Shown: positions 55,801 through 64,000 of the stretch, one piece after another | Numbering within the stretch: position 1 is the first letter of the stretch | Layout of the letters: the number at the start of each line of letters is the position of its first letter | From: a virus | Direction: 5' to 3' (one strand) | DNA: 64,000 bases | Virus record (IMG/VR): IMGVR_UViG_3300005534_000011 | Span: 1-64,000 of that record | Made by a program: the position numbers and the translations under genes | Notes under the pieces: generated by a model | Told to the model about the DNA's origin: nothing | Seen by the model: only the letters and a program-made list of their open reading frames with translations | Databases searched by the model: none

Positions 55801-56192
55801 ACCATATCCCCTTCTTTGGCATAAATTGGAAGGGTAACTGTCACGGATGTTGCTGCGGTGTTTAGCAATAGGCAATCGCCGGGCTCTGCTGTATACGCAC
55901 CGGTAATTCTCTGCCATAGATTGAATGCGTGAATTTCCTGCCACGCTGTTAGATCAAATGGGCCTAATACTGTAGCAATCTTGGACTTGTATAAACGGTT
56001 TGATCGTTCAACGACAAATCCAATCGGATATGTTCTGGTTGGATCATAGGTTTGTACTGTGTTCTTTGCGATCAAATATTCAATATTGACTGCATCCATC
56101 GGATTGATTGGGTCACCTACGTTGATGACCTGTGCGCCGTTTGCATCAACGCCCAATCTTGCTTTAAATGGTTTTGCTTGTGGTCCGCTCAT
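52803..56192 (-). CDS. 34: long tail fibre protein: gp34-like N-terminus, gp37-like distal part, C-terminal peptidase S74 chaperone
   Basis: F.A..G.DA.G..VINV....DAVN..YL...NTVQ.YDPTR.Y (T4 gp34 N-terminus); YGTFWRNDG.NLYL (gp37/H-type); SDKRLKEN...GL.AQD...L.Y..LV..L.EAIKE (S74); GAGGT RBS before ATG 56192. Confidence 0.85.
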   Translation of the reverse strand: MSGPQAKPFKARLGVDANGAQVINVGDPINPMDAVNIEYLIAKNTVQTYDPTRTYPIGFVVERSNRLYKSKIATVLGPFDLTAWQEIHAFNLWQRITGAYTAEPGDCLLLNTAATSVTVTLPIYAKEGDMVYIIDEGTASTNPIILSAGTNTFNNTGVSNYQINSSDTTQLVFLGGTWRVIRVTKPQYQLVSVNTVVAPNTWNNVQLSTSPVTVILPINPVQGQWVVVADGLGQCSNFNITINGNGKNINGSPSIVMTRTAAMVTLIYDSVSGSWMAYSNAQSGRMTETLAPLTNQSVFVTLDTTNKVLNLPNNATMYDGDWVEVNTRYQDTVTSGSLVVTATGSAYFRVNGALQNTTTFRIKQRGRTLFMYKGGEWAVINLNDTKSVPVMTSGSMVPNTLVTLSGVVSSNILLPPVDQVKIGDIVTAAISTASFPVTITVPNTSNMLLDGLTSATYATTDNGMVVTFIYRGYIGAKYVWETLNHGSAYLKKTQNLADIADPVAARGSLSVYSKAEADAKFLQIYGTTVDKALDTYKVGGVIAAQMSQNTAVALVGDDPNVTALNLIVTNHVNTPDGGASYWYISTVWSQSISNTSARFQFAYLYSGNPSVQFRQYDPGVGVWSSWISISAIIPGSTYSININGLSTAASKLNIPRTINGVPFDGTANITVTDSTKLPTTGGLLTGPISHQVANTKTYDMVLSKFVGGGSATITGTLKIVLPVGYNNTMLKMAVGINEGAVGRSNSELIVAGYNYSVAPATWLYTSASTNNGNANAIGQSVRFAHDGTNNCILIGTATSVWSYPTVFVKDVNLAWTGATATGWDTGTWDASIITSETGLTVTSTAGIDSNTAKLDRNNLFAGEVQSSAINSYRMVQGNYGTFWRNDGTNLYLMQTASADQYGSYNTNRPLIMTLATGAIASGSAWTFNSSVSVAGAFTASGTGSYTGTHTFSGTTINSSWWRSTGATGWYNNDYGGGIFMQDTTWVRVYGGKAFYVASDIAATGNVTAYYSDKRLKENLKPIANALETVKSWTGYSYNANALAATFGYDPTKEEIGLLAQDIQATTPQAVEQAPFDVTDVKGESKSGEHYLTLKYERLVPVLVEAIKEQDKEIQALKQQVAALIEAISK

Positions 56193-56257
56193 TATTACCT
56201 CGGTGTCACTTTCGACCGGTTTGTTTAGAAGCAGACGATAATCTGCTATGATATGTA

Positions 56258-56265
56258 TATTTATA
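56258..56265 (-). promoter_or_regulatory. T4-type late promoter
   Basis: TATAAATA upstream of the tail fibre gene. Confidence 0.75.
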
Positions 56266-56307
56266 GGGGAGAATTTGATGGAAAAGGATTCGAAACAAAA
56301 TTTCATC

Positions 56308-56343
56308 GATTCTGTTTAGAATCCACTGATCATGTGGTAAAGT
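56308..56343 (+). promoter_or_regulatory. early promoter, GATTCTGTTTAGA class
   Basis: GATTCTG-TTTAGA-N17-TAAAGT; 20 bp identical to 44514. Confidence 0.65.
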
Positions 56344-56387
56344 GGCACCAAATGAACGAACCCAAACCAGTATTTAGTAAGGTGTCT

Positions 56388-56603
56388 ATGACCTATAAAT
56401 TTTCAGAGAGCCAGCACGTCACCTTCAACTACTCCGGGATGACAGGGGTTGGCTACATCCGTGGGGTTTCGACCACTGAGTTGCCTATCGTCGGGTGTAC
56501 CTACATCATCGAGGTGTCTCGCTCGAATATGGACCTACCGACCGATGAGTATCCATTCAGCACATTGTGCATACCAGAGATTGGCATCAAGGAATTAGAA
56601 TGA
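56388..56603 (+). CDS. hypothetical protein
   Basis: AAGG RBS. Confidence 0.5.
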   Translation: MTYKFSESQHVTFNYSGMTGVGYIRGVSTTELPIVGCTYIIEVSRSNMDLPTDEYPFSTLCIPEIGIKELE

Positions 56604-56893
56604 AAAAATCAAAATCATCCAAGCCTGTCACACCAGCGGTAGACACGGTTTGGTATCAAATCGGCGATGAGGAAGGGGTCGGGGTCTTCAAAGGCATTCA
56701 GGATCAAACCGTAGGGTTTTGCATGGTTGACATCACTGCGCACATTCATCGGAAAACTGATGCATTCGCAAAATTTGATGTAACCAATTTGATTCAACCA
56801 ATTCCAATTGCGAATGTTCGACACGTATCCAATGCATATGTGTATGGGTGGATTCAGATGCAGAAAAATTTGATACAATATCGAAAAAGGTAA
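56600..56893 (+). CDS. hypothetical protein
   Basis: ATGA coupling. Confidence 0.5.
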   Translation: MKKSKSSKPVTPAVDTVWYQIGDEEGVGVFKGIQDQTVGFCMVDITAHIHRKTDAFAKFDVTNLIQPIPIANVRHVSNAYVYGWIQMQKNLIQYRKR

Positions 56894-56902
56894 AAATACA
56901 GA

Positions 56903-57808
56903 GTGAGTTTAGCGGAATTTCTTGGTGAAGAAGAACGAAAATCGGGTTTGATGATCGTTGACTTCTCCCAAATCATCATCAGTACAATCAACGCGACATT
57001 CCGACCAACCGAAGAATTATCGGTAGACCTGATTCGTCATGTTGCATTGAACTCGATTCGTTTCAATGTCCTTTCCAACAAAGCTATCTACCCGGATATC
57101 GTTCTGGCGTGTGACCGTGGGCCATATTGGCGGAAAGAGATTGCACCATATTACAAAGCCCACCGAAAAGACCAACGGGATGAATCCGGTTGGGATTGGA
57201 AAGTCATATTTGAAGCAATGAATCAGGTGCGTGAAGAACTGCATTTGATCTTTCCTTATAGGACTATCCAGATTCAAGGAATTGAAGCGGATGACATTGC
57301 CGGGGTTCTGACCCATCAGCTATGGCACAAATATGATAGAATCCTTCTGGTTTCGTCTGATAGTGACTGGGCTCAGTTGTCCAAATTCAAGAACGTCAAG
57401 CAATGGTCACCGATTCAGAAAAAGTGGGTCGAACCTAAGCATGGGTCTGCGCATTTGCATTTGATGGAAAAGGTTATCAAGGGTGATTCTAAGGATTGTA
57501 TTGCCAGCATCAAATCTGTTTCAGACCATTTGATGAATTTCCGGGATACCAGACAGAAATCCATCATGCAAAAAGAGCTTGATATCTGGTTACATAATCC
57601 GGTCGAGGACTGGGCCACCGATGAGTTCACAATCAATCGATACTATGAGAATTTGAAATTGTTGGATTTGGGTCTAATCCCCCAAGAGATTCAGGACAAA
57701 ATAATGGCTGCATTTAACGAACCACGTCCAAACGGGGCTAAAATTTTTGATTATTTTGTTAAGCATCGACTAAAGGAAATGATCGGTCGAATAGGTGAAT
57801 TCGTGTGA
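56903..57808 (+). CDS. rnh: T4 RNase H (5'-3' flap exonuclease)
   Basis: DFSQI, YWRK....YK..R, EADDI, SSD.D..QL, KGD.KD. Confidence 0.95.
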   Translation: MSLAEFLGEEERKSGLMIVDFSQIIISTINATFRPTEELSVDLIRHVALNSIRFNVLSNKAIYPDIVLACDRGPYWRKEIAPYYKAHRKDQRDESGWDWKVIFEAMNQVREELHLIFPYRTIQIQGIEADDIAGVLTHQLWHKYDRILLVSSDSDWAQLSKFKNVKQWSPIQKKWVEPKHGSAHLHLMEKVIKGDSKDCIASIKSVSDHLMNFRDTRQKSIMQKELDIWLHNPVEDWATDEFTINRYYENLKLLDLGLIPQEIQDKIMAAFNEPRPNGAKIFDYFVKHRLKEMIGRIGEFV

Positions 57809-58383
57809 CCAAATTGGTTTATGGAATTGGTATATCAGATCCGGGTCAATATTTTAGTAGGGTTGATGGTAAACACACGGATGAATACCAATTATGGGTC
57901 CGGGTGCTTCAGCGTTGCCAATCTGGTGGGTTGTTTCAGACCAAACAGCCAGCTTATATAGGCTGTTCGGTTCACCCTGATTTTATCAGATTCCAATGGT
58001 TCGCGGAATGGTGTAACAACCAGATTGGATTTGGATTGAAAGGGTGGGCCTTGGATAAAGACATTTTGATCCAAAGCAACAGGGTGTATGGTCCTGATAC
58101 GTGTTGTTTTGTACCGAAGCAATTAAATCAGTTGTTGGCCCACAAACGATCGAATCAAGGATTGCACCCAACCGGTGTTAGCTATTTCAGAAATCGTGGA
58201 AATTATATAGCTCAGATAGGTATTGACGGTAAAAATAAAACTCTTGGATATTTCGAAACCCCAGAGTTGGCCGAAGCTGCTTATAAAATAGCTAAAACAA
58301 ATGACATTCGTAGACAAGCTGAACTCTGGAAAACGCAGATTGATCCTAGAGTTTATGTTGCCCTTCTAAAATATGAGGTGTGA
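57805..58383 (+). CDS. HNH-type homing endonuclease with AP2-like domain
   Basis: YIGCSVHPDF..FQ.F, LDKDIL....VYGPDTC, LGYFETPE.A. Confidence 0.8.
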   Translation: MTKLVYGIGISDPGQYFSRVDGKHTDEYQLWVRVLQRCQSGGLFQTKQPAYIGCSVHPDFIRFQWFAEWCNNQIGFGLKGWALDKDILIQSNRVYGPDTCCFVPKQLNQLLAHKRSNQGLHPTGVSYFRNRGNYIAQIGIDGKNKTLGYFETPELAEAAYKIAKTNDIRRQAELWKTQIDPRVYVALLKYEV

Positions 58384-58386
58384 GGT

Positions 58387-58914
58387 ATGAGAACAACGCA
58401 AGAATGGTGGGATGCGGTATCTAACGATCCTGATAAAATGATTGAATGGCTCAAAGCTCAATATCATGGGGAAGTCACCGCATCTAACAGGATTCGCGAG
58501 CTGTTGACCCAATACCCGGAAATGACAAAGTTCGAACGTGATTTGATCGAAATGATTGCGCAAGATGAAACCAATCATGCTGAATGGGTCAAAACTTTGT
58601 TGACCACTCGGGGTATTCCGGCAGAAGTCCTGACCAAAGAAGAACGGTATTGGGATCAGACCCTTCCAAAAGGTAATGCTACATTTTCTCAAATGTGTGC
58701 AATCGGTTATCATGCCGAAACCATGCGGCTTGAAAGGATCAAATTGCTGGCAAAATCTCGAAAATTTGATGATATTGCAGAAGTTTTTCTGCGCATTCTA
58801 CCAGAGGAACGCTTTCATACCAAAGCTTTCATGGTGATGTCAACCCCAGAAGACATCGCGGCTGCGTTACCCGCACACAATGAAGGCTTAAATGCTTTGG
58901 GCTTGGTAGCCTAA
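58387..58914 (+). CDS. ferritin-like di-iron protein
   Basis: E...DETNH ... E...EERFH ligand pattern. Confidence 0.7.
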   Translation: MRTTQEWWDAVSNDPDKMIEWLKAQYHGEVTASNRIRELLTQYPEMTKFERDLIEMIAQDETNHAEWVKTLLTTRGIPAEVLTKEERYWDQTLPKGNATFSQMCAIGYHAETMRLERIKLLAKSRKFDDIAEVFLRILPEERFHTKAFMVMSTPEDIAAALPAHNEGLNALGLVA

Positions 58915-58923
58915 AATTTTTGA

Positions 58924-58969
58924 ATTCTGGTTTGATTCTGTTTAGATCAAACCAGAATCATGATAGAAT
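58924..58969 (+). promoter_or_regulatory. rIIA promoter with the -35 inside a 13-bp inverted repeat
   Basis: ATTCTGGTTTGAT..ATCAAACCAGAAT; TTTAGA-N17-TAGAAT. Confidence 0.65.
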
Positions 58970-59002
58970 TTACACATCAACACATAGTGAGTAATTAATT
59001 TA

Positions 59003-61147
59003 ATGATTGTAACTCAAGGCACGAATGCAATAAGCAACATTGACGACCGTCACGCATTCACCATCAAAGCTAACGCAAAAGCATTCAAACTGTTGTCCAG
59101 CAACCTGTATTCTAACAAACCACTTGCAATCCTACGTGAAATCGGCTGTAACGCACTCGATTCGCATAAGGCTGCGGGTAAAGAAGATGCACCGTTCAAA
59201 CTGGTACTACCATCCGATATGCATCCATGGTTGGAGATTATCGACTTTGGTACTGGTCTGGATGACGATCAGGTCAAGAACATTTTCACAACCTATTTCG
59301 AATCTACCAAAACCACCAGTAACGATTACATTGGTGCTATGGGTCTTGGATCGAAATCACCGTTCTCGTATACCGATGCATTCGAAGTGTATGCCCGCCA
59401 GAACGGCGTACAGAACACTTACACCTGTTTCCTGAACAAGTCTGGGGCACCTGAGCTATTCCTGCTAGAAACGAATTATGATGACTCTCAGAAGGGTATC
59501 AAGTTCGAAGACGGCGTGACCATCAAGGTTCCTATCAAAGCGAATGATTATCAACTGTTCCGTACCGCTGCACTACAAGCATATAAGTTCTTCCCTGTTA
59601 AACCGGTAGTTGGTGTGACCGGTAAAAACTTCGAATGGGATGAGCCGGTTTATGGGTTTGAAGGTAGCAATTTCAAGGTACTAACCGGGTCGAAACAATG
59701 TTTTGCTCTGATGGGTCCGGTTGCATATCCTCTGGATTTGAACCAATTCACTACAGACGGTTTCATGAAACGCCATATCGATGCCGGTCTTGGTGGGTTT
59801 GTGATCGACTTTGGCATTGGTAAATTGGATGTAAACGCCGGTCGTGAAGGTCTGTCGTATGACGAAGACACTATCGCCAATTTGATTGAAGGCGTGAAAA
59901 ACATTCGACCAGAAATGGCCGCAAAGTTGGAAGCTGATATCGAGAAGTGTGAAACCGTTTATACTGCAATGCGATTCCGTTCGAAAAACGATTCGAAAAA
60001 CCTGTTCCACCTGCAATACAAAGGTAAATCGGTTGGTGAAACCCTTCACTATCGTTTTGTAGATGATAAAACGTCGCTACCTGAATGGCAGTGTAAGGAA
60101 ATCAATTCTCGATACAAAGAGAAATTGAAAGATCGCCGGGCTCATGACATCGCAATTTCACCTGCGGTTGGTGGTAATTTCGTTTTAATTGACGTGAAAC
60201 GTAAGTATCAGAAGAAAATTCGATTCACCAGTGAAGATATGTCGAAAACTATCTTCCTGCAAGCATTGGATGCGGCTGAAGGTCAGGATCAATTTGATGC
60301 AGTGATTGCACGGTTGAACGTGGATGGTACTCCATACAAGTTCATTTCCGATATCGTTGATGAATCTCCGGTTATTAGTCGTGTACCGGGTGATCCTGCA
60401 ACTACAGCGGCTCGGGCAAAGATTACTTACTCTGGTTTCTATAAATACCAGAAGGCGCGAGGGATTATTGCGGTTGGTCAACATACCAACACAAATGGTC
60501 TGGAAATGGATGATCCCGATACCTTTTACATCAAATGGGATACCACTGCAAAACGCTACATCTTCGGTAACCATCAGGTAGCCGGTGATGAGATTTCGGG
60601 TGTGATTTGGGGCATTATTGACGACATTCTTACCACCACCAATCGACCATTGGTAATTGCAACTCAAAAGGTCTATGACAAGATCCCAGAAGATTGGGAA
60701 GACATTACCACATTGATTGCTCCAAAACTGGCCGGTGTGATGTCGCAACAGTCCTTCGTAGAAACTCAACCAAAATGGGCTTCTACCGCGTTGGGCCTTG
60801 TACAAGCTAAATATGATGCATTGGTAGCCGACCCACTGGTTGACCCATTGTTCAAAGAATATTTCGATGCAATTAGAAGTATCAAATTCGGTACATCGTA
60901 TGACTATACCACCCTACAATTTATCAGAAATGTGTATGGTGAGAAGGAAGTCGCGAACCCGTTTGGTTTTGTCTCGAAATTTGCAACAGAAATTTTCAGT
61001 ATGAGTATGCTGAAAACTCTGGCGAGCCGCCACTATAGCAGTTGGCCTGACACAGAATTCAAAGAGTCTTTGATTGTGTTTAGTTCGATGTTGAAATGTG
61101 GTATTATTAACGAACAAAAGCTGAAAAGCATTCTGATGAAGAAATAA
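59003..61147 (+). CDS. rIIA: rIIA protector from prophage-induced early lysis
   Basis: F.LLSS.LYSNK..A..RE...NA.D.H, DFGTG, STK..SN..IG..GLGSKSPFSYT (GHKL ATPase). Confidence 0.95.
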   Translation: MIVTQGTNAISNIDDRHAFTIKANAKAFKLLSSNLYSNKPLAILREIGCNALDSHKAAGKEDAPFKLVLPSDMHPWLEIIDFGTGLDDDQVKNIFTTYFESTKTTSNDYIGAMGLGSKSPFSYTDAFEVYARQNGVQNTYTCFLNKSGAPELFLLETNYDDSQKGIKFEDGVTIKVPIKANDYQLFRTAALQAYKFFPVKPVVGVTGKNFEWDEPVYGFEGSNFKVLTGSKQCFALMGPVAYPLDLNQFTTDGFMKRHIDAGLGGFVIDFGIGKLDVNAGREGLSYDEDTIANLIEGVKNIRPEMAAKLEADIEKCETVYTAMRFRSKNDSKNLFHLQYKGKSVGETLHYRFVDDKTSLPEWQCKEINSRYKEKLKDRRAHDIAISPAVGGNFVLIDVKRKYQKKIRFTSEDMSKTIFLQALDAAEGQDQFDAVIARLNVDGTPYKFISDIVDESPVISRVPGDPATTAARAKITYSGFYKYQKARGIIAVGQHTNTNGLEMDDPDTFYIKWDTTAKRYIFGNHQVAGDEISGVIWGIIDDILTTTNRPLVIATQKVYDKIPEDWEDITTLIAPKLAGVMSQQSFVETQPKWASTALGLVQAKYDALVADPLVDPLFKEYFDAIRSIKFGTSYDYTTLQFIRNVYGEKEVANPFGFVSKFATEIFSMSMLKTLASRHYSSWPDTEFKESLIVFSSMLKCGIINEQKLKSILMKK

Positions 61148-62019
61148 TGACGAAACTAGAACTACGGTTTATTATCAACGAACAAACGATTTATGTTTGG
61201 TTGAATACCGAGAAGGGCCAGAAAATGTCTGGCACCTTCCTCCGCGCAGAAGATCCACAAGCGTTTGAAACACTTGCAAAAGCACTAAAAGAAGACAACA
61301 AAAAGAAAATCAAAGAACTTGTTTCGATGAAATTCGATCTGATCCAAGCTATCAATAGCTTTGGTGATGGTAAAGTTGGTTTCACTGATGGCGATCTGTT
61401 CTACGTTACCGAAGATGGTGAAAAGAACCCAATCGATACCAAGCTGACCGCGAAAATCAAGGAATTGATTCGTACCGGGGCTGATGCTGGTGTATTGGTT
61501 AAGTTCCTAGACAATCTGTTGGATAACCCAAATCCACGGTCTATCAAGGATTTCTATGATTTCCTGATCGTGAACAACTTGGCAATGACCGAAGACGGCC
61601 ATTTCTTAGCGTATAAGATCGTTGGGCCGAACTTCCTTGATCTGTATACCCGTACCATGGATAACTCCCCCGGTACGGTCGTTAGAATGGATCGTAGCAA
61701 GGTAAACGACAACCCATCACAGACCTGCTCGCATGGCCTGCATATCTGTTCTAAAGACTACCTACCTAGTTATGGTGGTGGTTGGAAGTATGGTGGTAAT
61801 AACAATGGCAACAAGATTGTCGTTGTGAAGGTCAACCCGCGTGATGTTGTTGCGTTCCCGAAAGATTATGCGAACGCCAAAGCCAGAGTATGTGAATATT
61901 CGGTAGTCGGTGAATTTGTGGTGAAAGAAACTCTCAAAGAGCAAATCGCCAAGATTGAAGCCGGTGTGACGGTTAATATTGATGTAGTCAAGAAATTGAT
62001 TGCGGAAACAATGGCCTAA
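61147..62019 (+). CDS. rIIB: rIIB protein
   Basis: L.NP......Y.FL, T.DG.F.AYK, DNSPG..V.M.R..V.D....TCS.GLH, VKVNPRDVV..P.DY...K.R.CEY. Confidence 0.95.
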   Translation: MTKLELRFIINEQTIYVWLNTEKGQKMSGTFLRAEDPQAFETLAKALKEDNKKKIKELVSMKFDLIQAINSFGDGKVGFTDGDLFYVTEDGEKNPIDTKLTAKIKELIRTGADAGVLVKFLDNLLDNPNPRSIKDFYDFLIVNNLAMTEDGHFLAYKIVGPNFLDLYTRTMDNSPGTVVRMDRSKVNDNPSQTCSHGLHICSKDYLPSYGGGWKYGGNNNGNKIVVVKVNPRDVVAFPKDYANAKARVCEYSVVGEFVVKETLKEQIAKIEAGVTVNIDVVKKLIAETMA

Positions 62020-62083
62020 TTGATTAATAATGGGTTGGGTGTAATAGCCCAACTTCATTGAAGTTTAATTGTGAGAGAAATTT

Positions 62084-62395
62084 ATGAGCGTTATCGAGAC
62101 AGGCAACCACGACCACCTTTCCCCTACCGAACTGAAAGCAGTTCAAGATGCTGCCAAAGAAGCGGCTAAATCCCTGATGCGTTCCGATGCCGAAAAAGAT
62201 GTTCGAAACGGTATTAGTGCGATGGTCAAGGAAGAATTCAATATCAAGAAATCCGACTTCAACGATCTGGTAAACCGTTACCATCGTCAGGACAAAGAAG
62301 CCGTGACAGCCAAGCGTGAAAACCAGAACGCATTGTTCGACAAGGTTTTCCCGGACGGCCCTACCCCGCTGAATGATGACGAAGCCGATGAGTAA
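62084..62395 (+). CDS. dsbA: double-stranded DNA-binding protein DsbA
   Basis: Synteny before gene 33; K.EF....DFN.L...YH.Q. Confidence 0.75.
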   Translation: MSVIETGNHDHLSPTELKAVQDAAKEAAKSLMRSDAEKDVRNGISAMVKEEFNIKKSDFNDLVNRYHRQDKEAVTAKRENQNALFDKVFPDGPTPLNDDEADE

Positions 62396-62618
62396 AATCA
62401 TTCAGTTCAGTACAGCAGTTGAAATTCACGCCCGTGATACAGCATGCAGCTATATTCAGGCGTGTTTAGAAATTGCAGACCAACAGGAAATTGATGAAGA
62501 TCGAATCTCAAAATACATTTCCGAATCCCTTAAACAAAAGATCGAAATTGAAGCAGTTCGAGAAAACACTTTGCGTGGAAAATCGGCTGGGTCTAATCCG
62601 CTAACCGACTTTATTTGA
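62388..62618 (+). CDS. 33: late transcription coactivator gp33
   Basis: FS..VE......SY..A......IDE..I.K.IS.SL..KIE.EA...N.L. Confidence 0.85.
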   Translation: MSKIIQFSTAVEIHARDTACSYIQACLEIADQQEIDEDRISKYISESLKQKIEIEAVRENTLRGKSAGSNPLTDFI

Positions 62619-62628
62619 TGGAATACTG

Positions 62629-63252
62629 ATGTCCAGTTTGATTCATTTAGATCCCACTTCGATCCCGACTGGATATCGCAACGGGTTTGAAGCATATCGT
62701 CTGTACAAGGCGATCACTACGCATCTGACCACACAGAAATACGATGCATCAAAATATAGATGGCGCGGGTATATCAGCAAAGATCATACCCCCGATTCAT
62801 ACCCAGACAAATTCCTATTCGAGAAGATCGCAAGGCGCTATACCCGTGAGGATTGGCCGTTGTTGTTTGGTCGAATTGGTCTTAATACCGGGTGGATTCG
62901 AGACATTTTAAACGATGAGTCGGAATCAAGATTCTTGGAAGCCCGTGGGTTTATCGAGGATGCCGAAAATAAATTCGGCAATCTGTTTAGATCATACCTC
63001 ATTTCGTTGCATAATAAGGATATGAAGTTTGCCGATTCACTAACAGGCCAGACCCCTTGGATATTCAATCAATTGCAACAGAAAGTGTATCCGATTGAGT
63101 TTGCGGTGCTGTTAGATGCCATATCACCGTTCCTTCATAGACAAAATTCAATCGTTTATGGTGGGATATCTTGGAAAATTCACAAATACAGTATGTTGTT
63201 CTGTATTGATAAAAAGATATTGTCGAATGTTGTTAAATCCGCATGTAGTTAA
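62629..63252 (+). CDS. 59: helicase loader gp59
   Basis: Y.LY.A...H....YD..KY.W; synteny between 33 and 32. Confidence 0.85.
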   Translation: MSSLIHLDPTSIPTGYRNGFEAYRLYKAITTHLTTQKYDASKYRWRGYISKDHTPDSYPDKFLFEKIARRYTREDWPLLFGRIGLNTGWIRDILNDESESRFLEARGFIEDAENKFGNLFRSYLISLHNKDMKFADSLTGQTPWIFNQLQQKVYPIEFAVLLDAISPFLHRQNSIVYGGISWKIHKYSMLFCIDKKILSNVVKSACS

Positions 63253-63444
63253 CATTTGCTTAGGAACTTGTCAGACCCCATTCAGATTTAATCCCACCAA
63301 AGTTCATGACATCTACGCCAAAGAAAGCTTCTTGTATATTGAACTACTGGTCGATTCCAGTTTTTTGGTGGCATATGAGTTTGAATATCTTGAACTAGAT
63401 GATCTTTGGAAAGACTTTCGGACATTATCTGATTTTTTGACTGA

Positions 63445-63530
63445 TATAAATACTATGCCACATGAGTGGCCGAAGCAAAACTAAACAAATAATCAAATCT
63501 AAACAAATTAAACAAACGAGAATTTAACGA
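63445..63530 (+). promoter_or_regulatory. late promoter and gene 32 autoregulatory leader
   Basis: TATAAATA at 63445; hairpin GCCAC-ATGA-GTGGC; unstructured TAAACAAA x3 before the ATG. Confidence 0.7.
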
Positions 63531-64000
63531 ATGTTCAAGCGTAATCAAAAATCTGCCGCCCAACTTCAAGAACAACTGAAAGAACTGTCCGGTTCCCAGA
63601 AGTTTGAGAAAGACCCTACAGAATGGACCATGACTGTTGATAAAGCAGGTAATGGCTCGGCGGTCATTCGATTCCTGCCAGCAACTGGCGAAGGCGAGGA
63701 AGTAATTCCATTCGTCAAAATGTATTCCCACAGTTTCAAAGATCCGAAGACCAACAAGTGGTACATCGAAAACTGCCCGACTACCATCGGTAAGCCATAC
63801 GATGACTGCCCAGTGTGTTCTACCAACGGTCCTCTTTTTGAAGCTGGTAAAACCAACAAAGAAATGAAAGACCTTGCATCTTCGCGCAGCCGTAAACTGT
63901 CCTACTGGGCAAACATCGTTGTTGTCAAAGATGAAGCGAATCCCGAAGCTGTTGGTGGTACTTTCAAATTCCGTTTCGGTAAAAAAATCTTCGAGAAAAT
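63531..64000 (+). CDS. 32: single-stranded DNA-binding protein gp32 (3' truncated; not in ORF track)
   Basis: MFKR...DKAGNGSAVIRFLP, H.F...KWYIENCP.T.G...CPVC, RKLSYWANI.V.KD, F.FGKKI. Confidence 0.95.
   Translation, partial: MFKRNQKSAAQLQEQLKELSGSQKFEKDPTEWTMTVDKAGNGSAVIRFLPATGEGEEVIPFVKMYSHSFKDPKTNKWYIENCPTTIGKPYDDCPVCSTNGPLFEAGKTNKEMKDLASSRSRKLSYWANIVVVKDEANPEAVGGTFKFRFGKKIFEK

Noticed and set aside
56193-56306. N-terminal extension of the tail fibre in the ORF track
   Set aside because: The late promoter at 56258-56265 and the RBS lie inside it, and gp34 similarity begins at ATG 56192.
57805-58383. Intron-encoded endonuclease within rnh
   Set aside because: rnh appears complete, the endonuclease overlaps its stop codon, and there is no room for a group I intron core.
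63453-63480. T4-type gene 32 pseudoknot
   Set aside because: Only a simple 5-bp hairpin is evident; I could not identify a second stem.
1-64000. tRNA genes, diversity-generating retroelement, holin after gene 38
   Set aside because: No cloverleaf or T-loop signature, no reverse transcriptase or template/variable repeat pair, and no holin-like ORF in the tail operon were recognised by eye. tRNAscan-SE and HMM searches would confirm.

Overview
This is a 64 kb segment of a lytic T4-superfamily myophage genome, most likely infecting a Gram-negative host (Pseudomonas-like by inference only). It has four parts. (1) About 1-24 kb is a dense + strand run of small accessory ORFs: SPFH protein, DprA/SLOG, HD hydrolase, two T7 gp0.7-like kinases, glutaredoxin, HAD, 2OG-Fe(II) oxygenase, MazG, CYTH, HNH-AP2 endonucleases and several Cys-motif paralogue families. 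(2) About 24.0-44.5 kb is a distinct ~20 kb block bounded by non-coding A-tract/C-rich junctions. It is built from about 30 units of 1-5 genes, each headed by a repeated sigma70-type promoter carrying TTTGATGYA boxes, often as a palindrome over the -35. The block also holds two winged-helix paralogues, a mini-pilin, a candidate CsrA/RsmA-binding sRNA and convergent sigma54-like sites. (3) About 49.6-56.2 kb is a - strand late operon: a single gp34-to-gp37-like tail fibre with an S74 chaperone, a gp38-like adhesin, an asparagine-synthetase-like PP-loop enzyme, an amino-acid ABC substrate-binding protein and a small lipoprotein. (4) About 56.9-64 kb holds T4 core genes: rnh, rIIA, rIIB, dsbA, 33, 59 and 32 (truncated). 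I recognised no tRNA, rRNA, CRISPR array or integrase. All functional calls come from reading motifs by eye; no searches were run.
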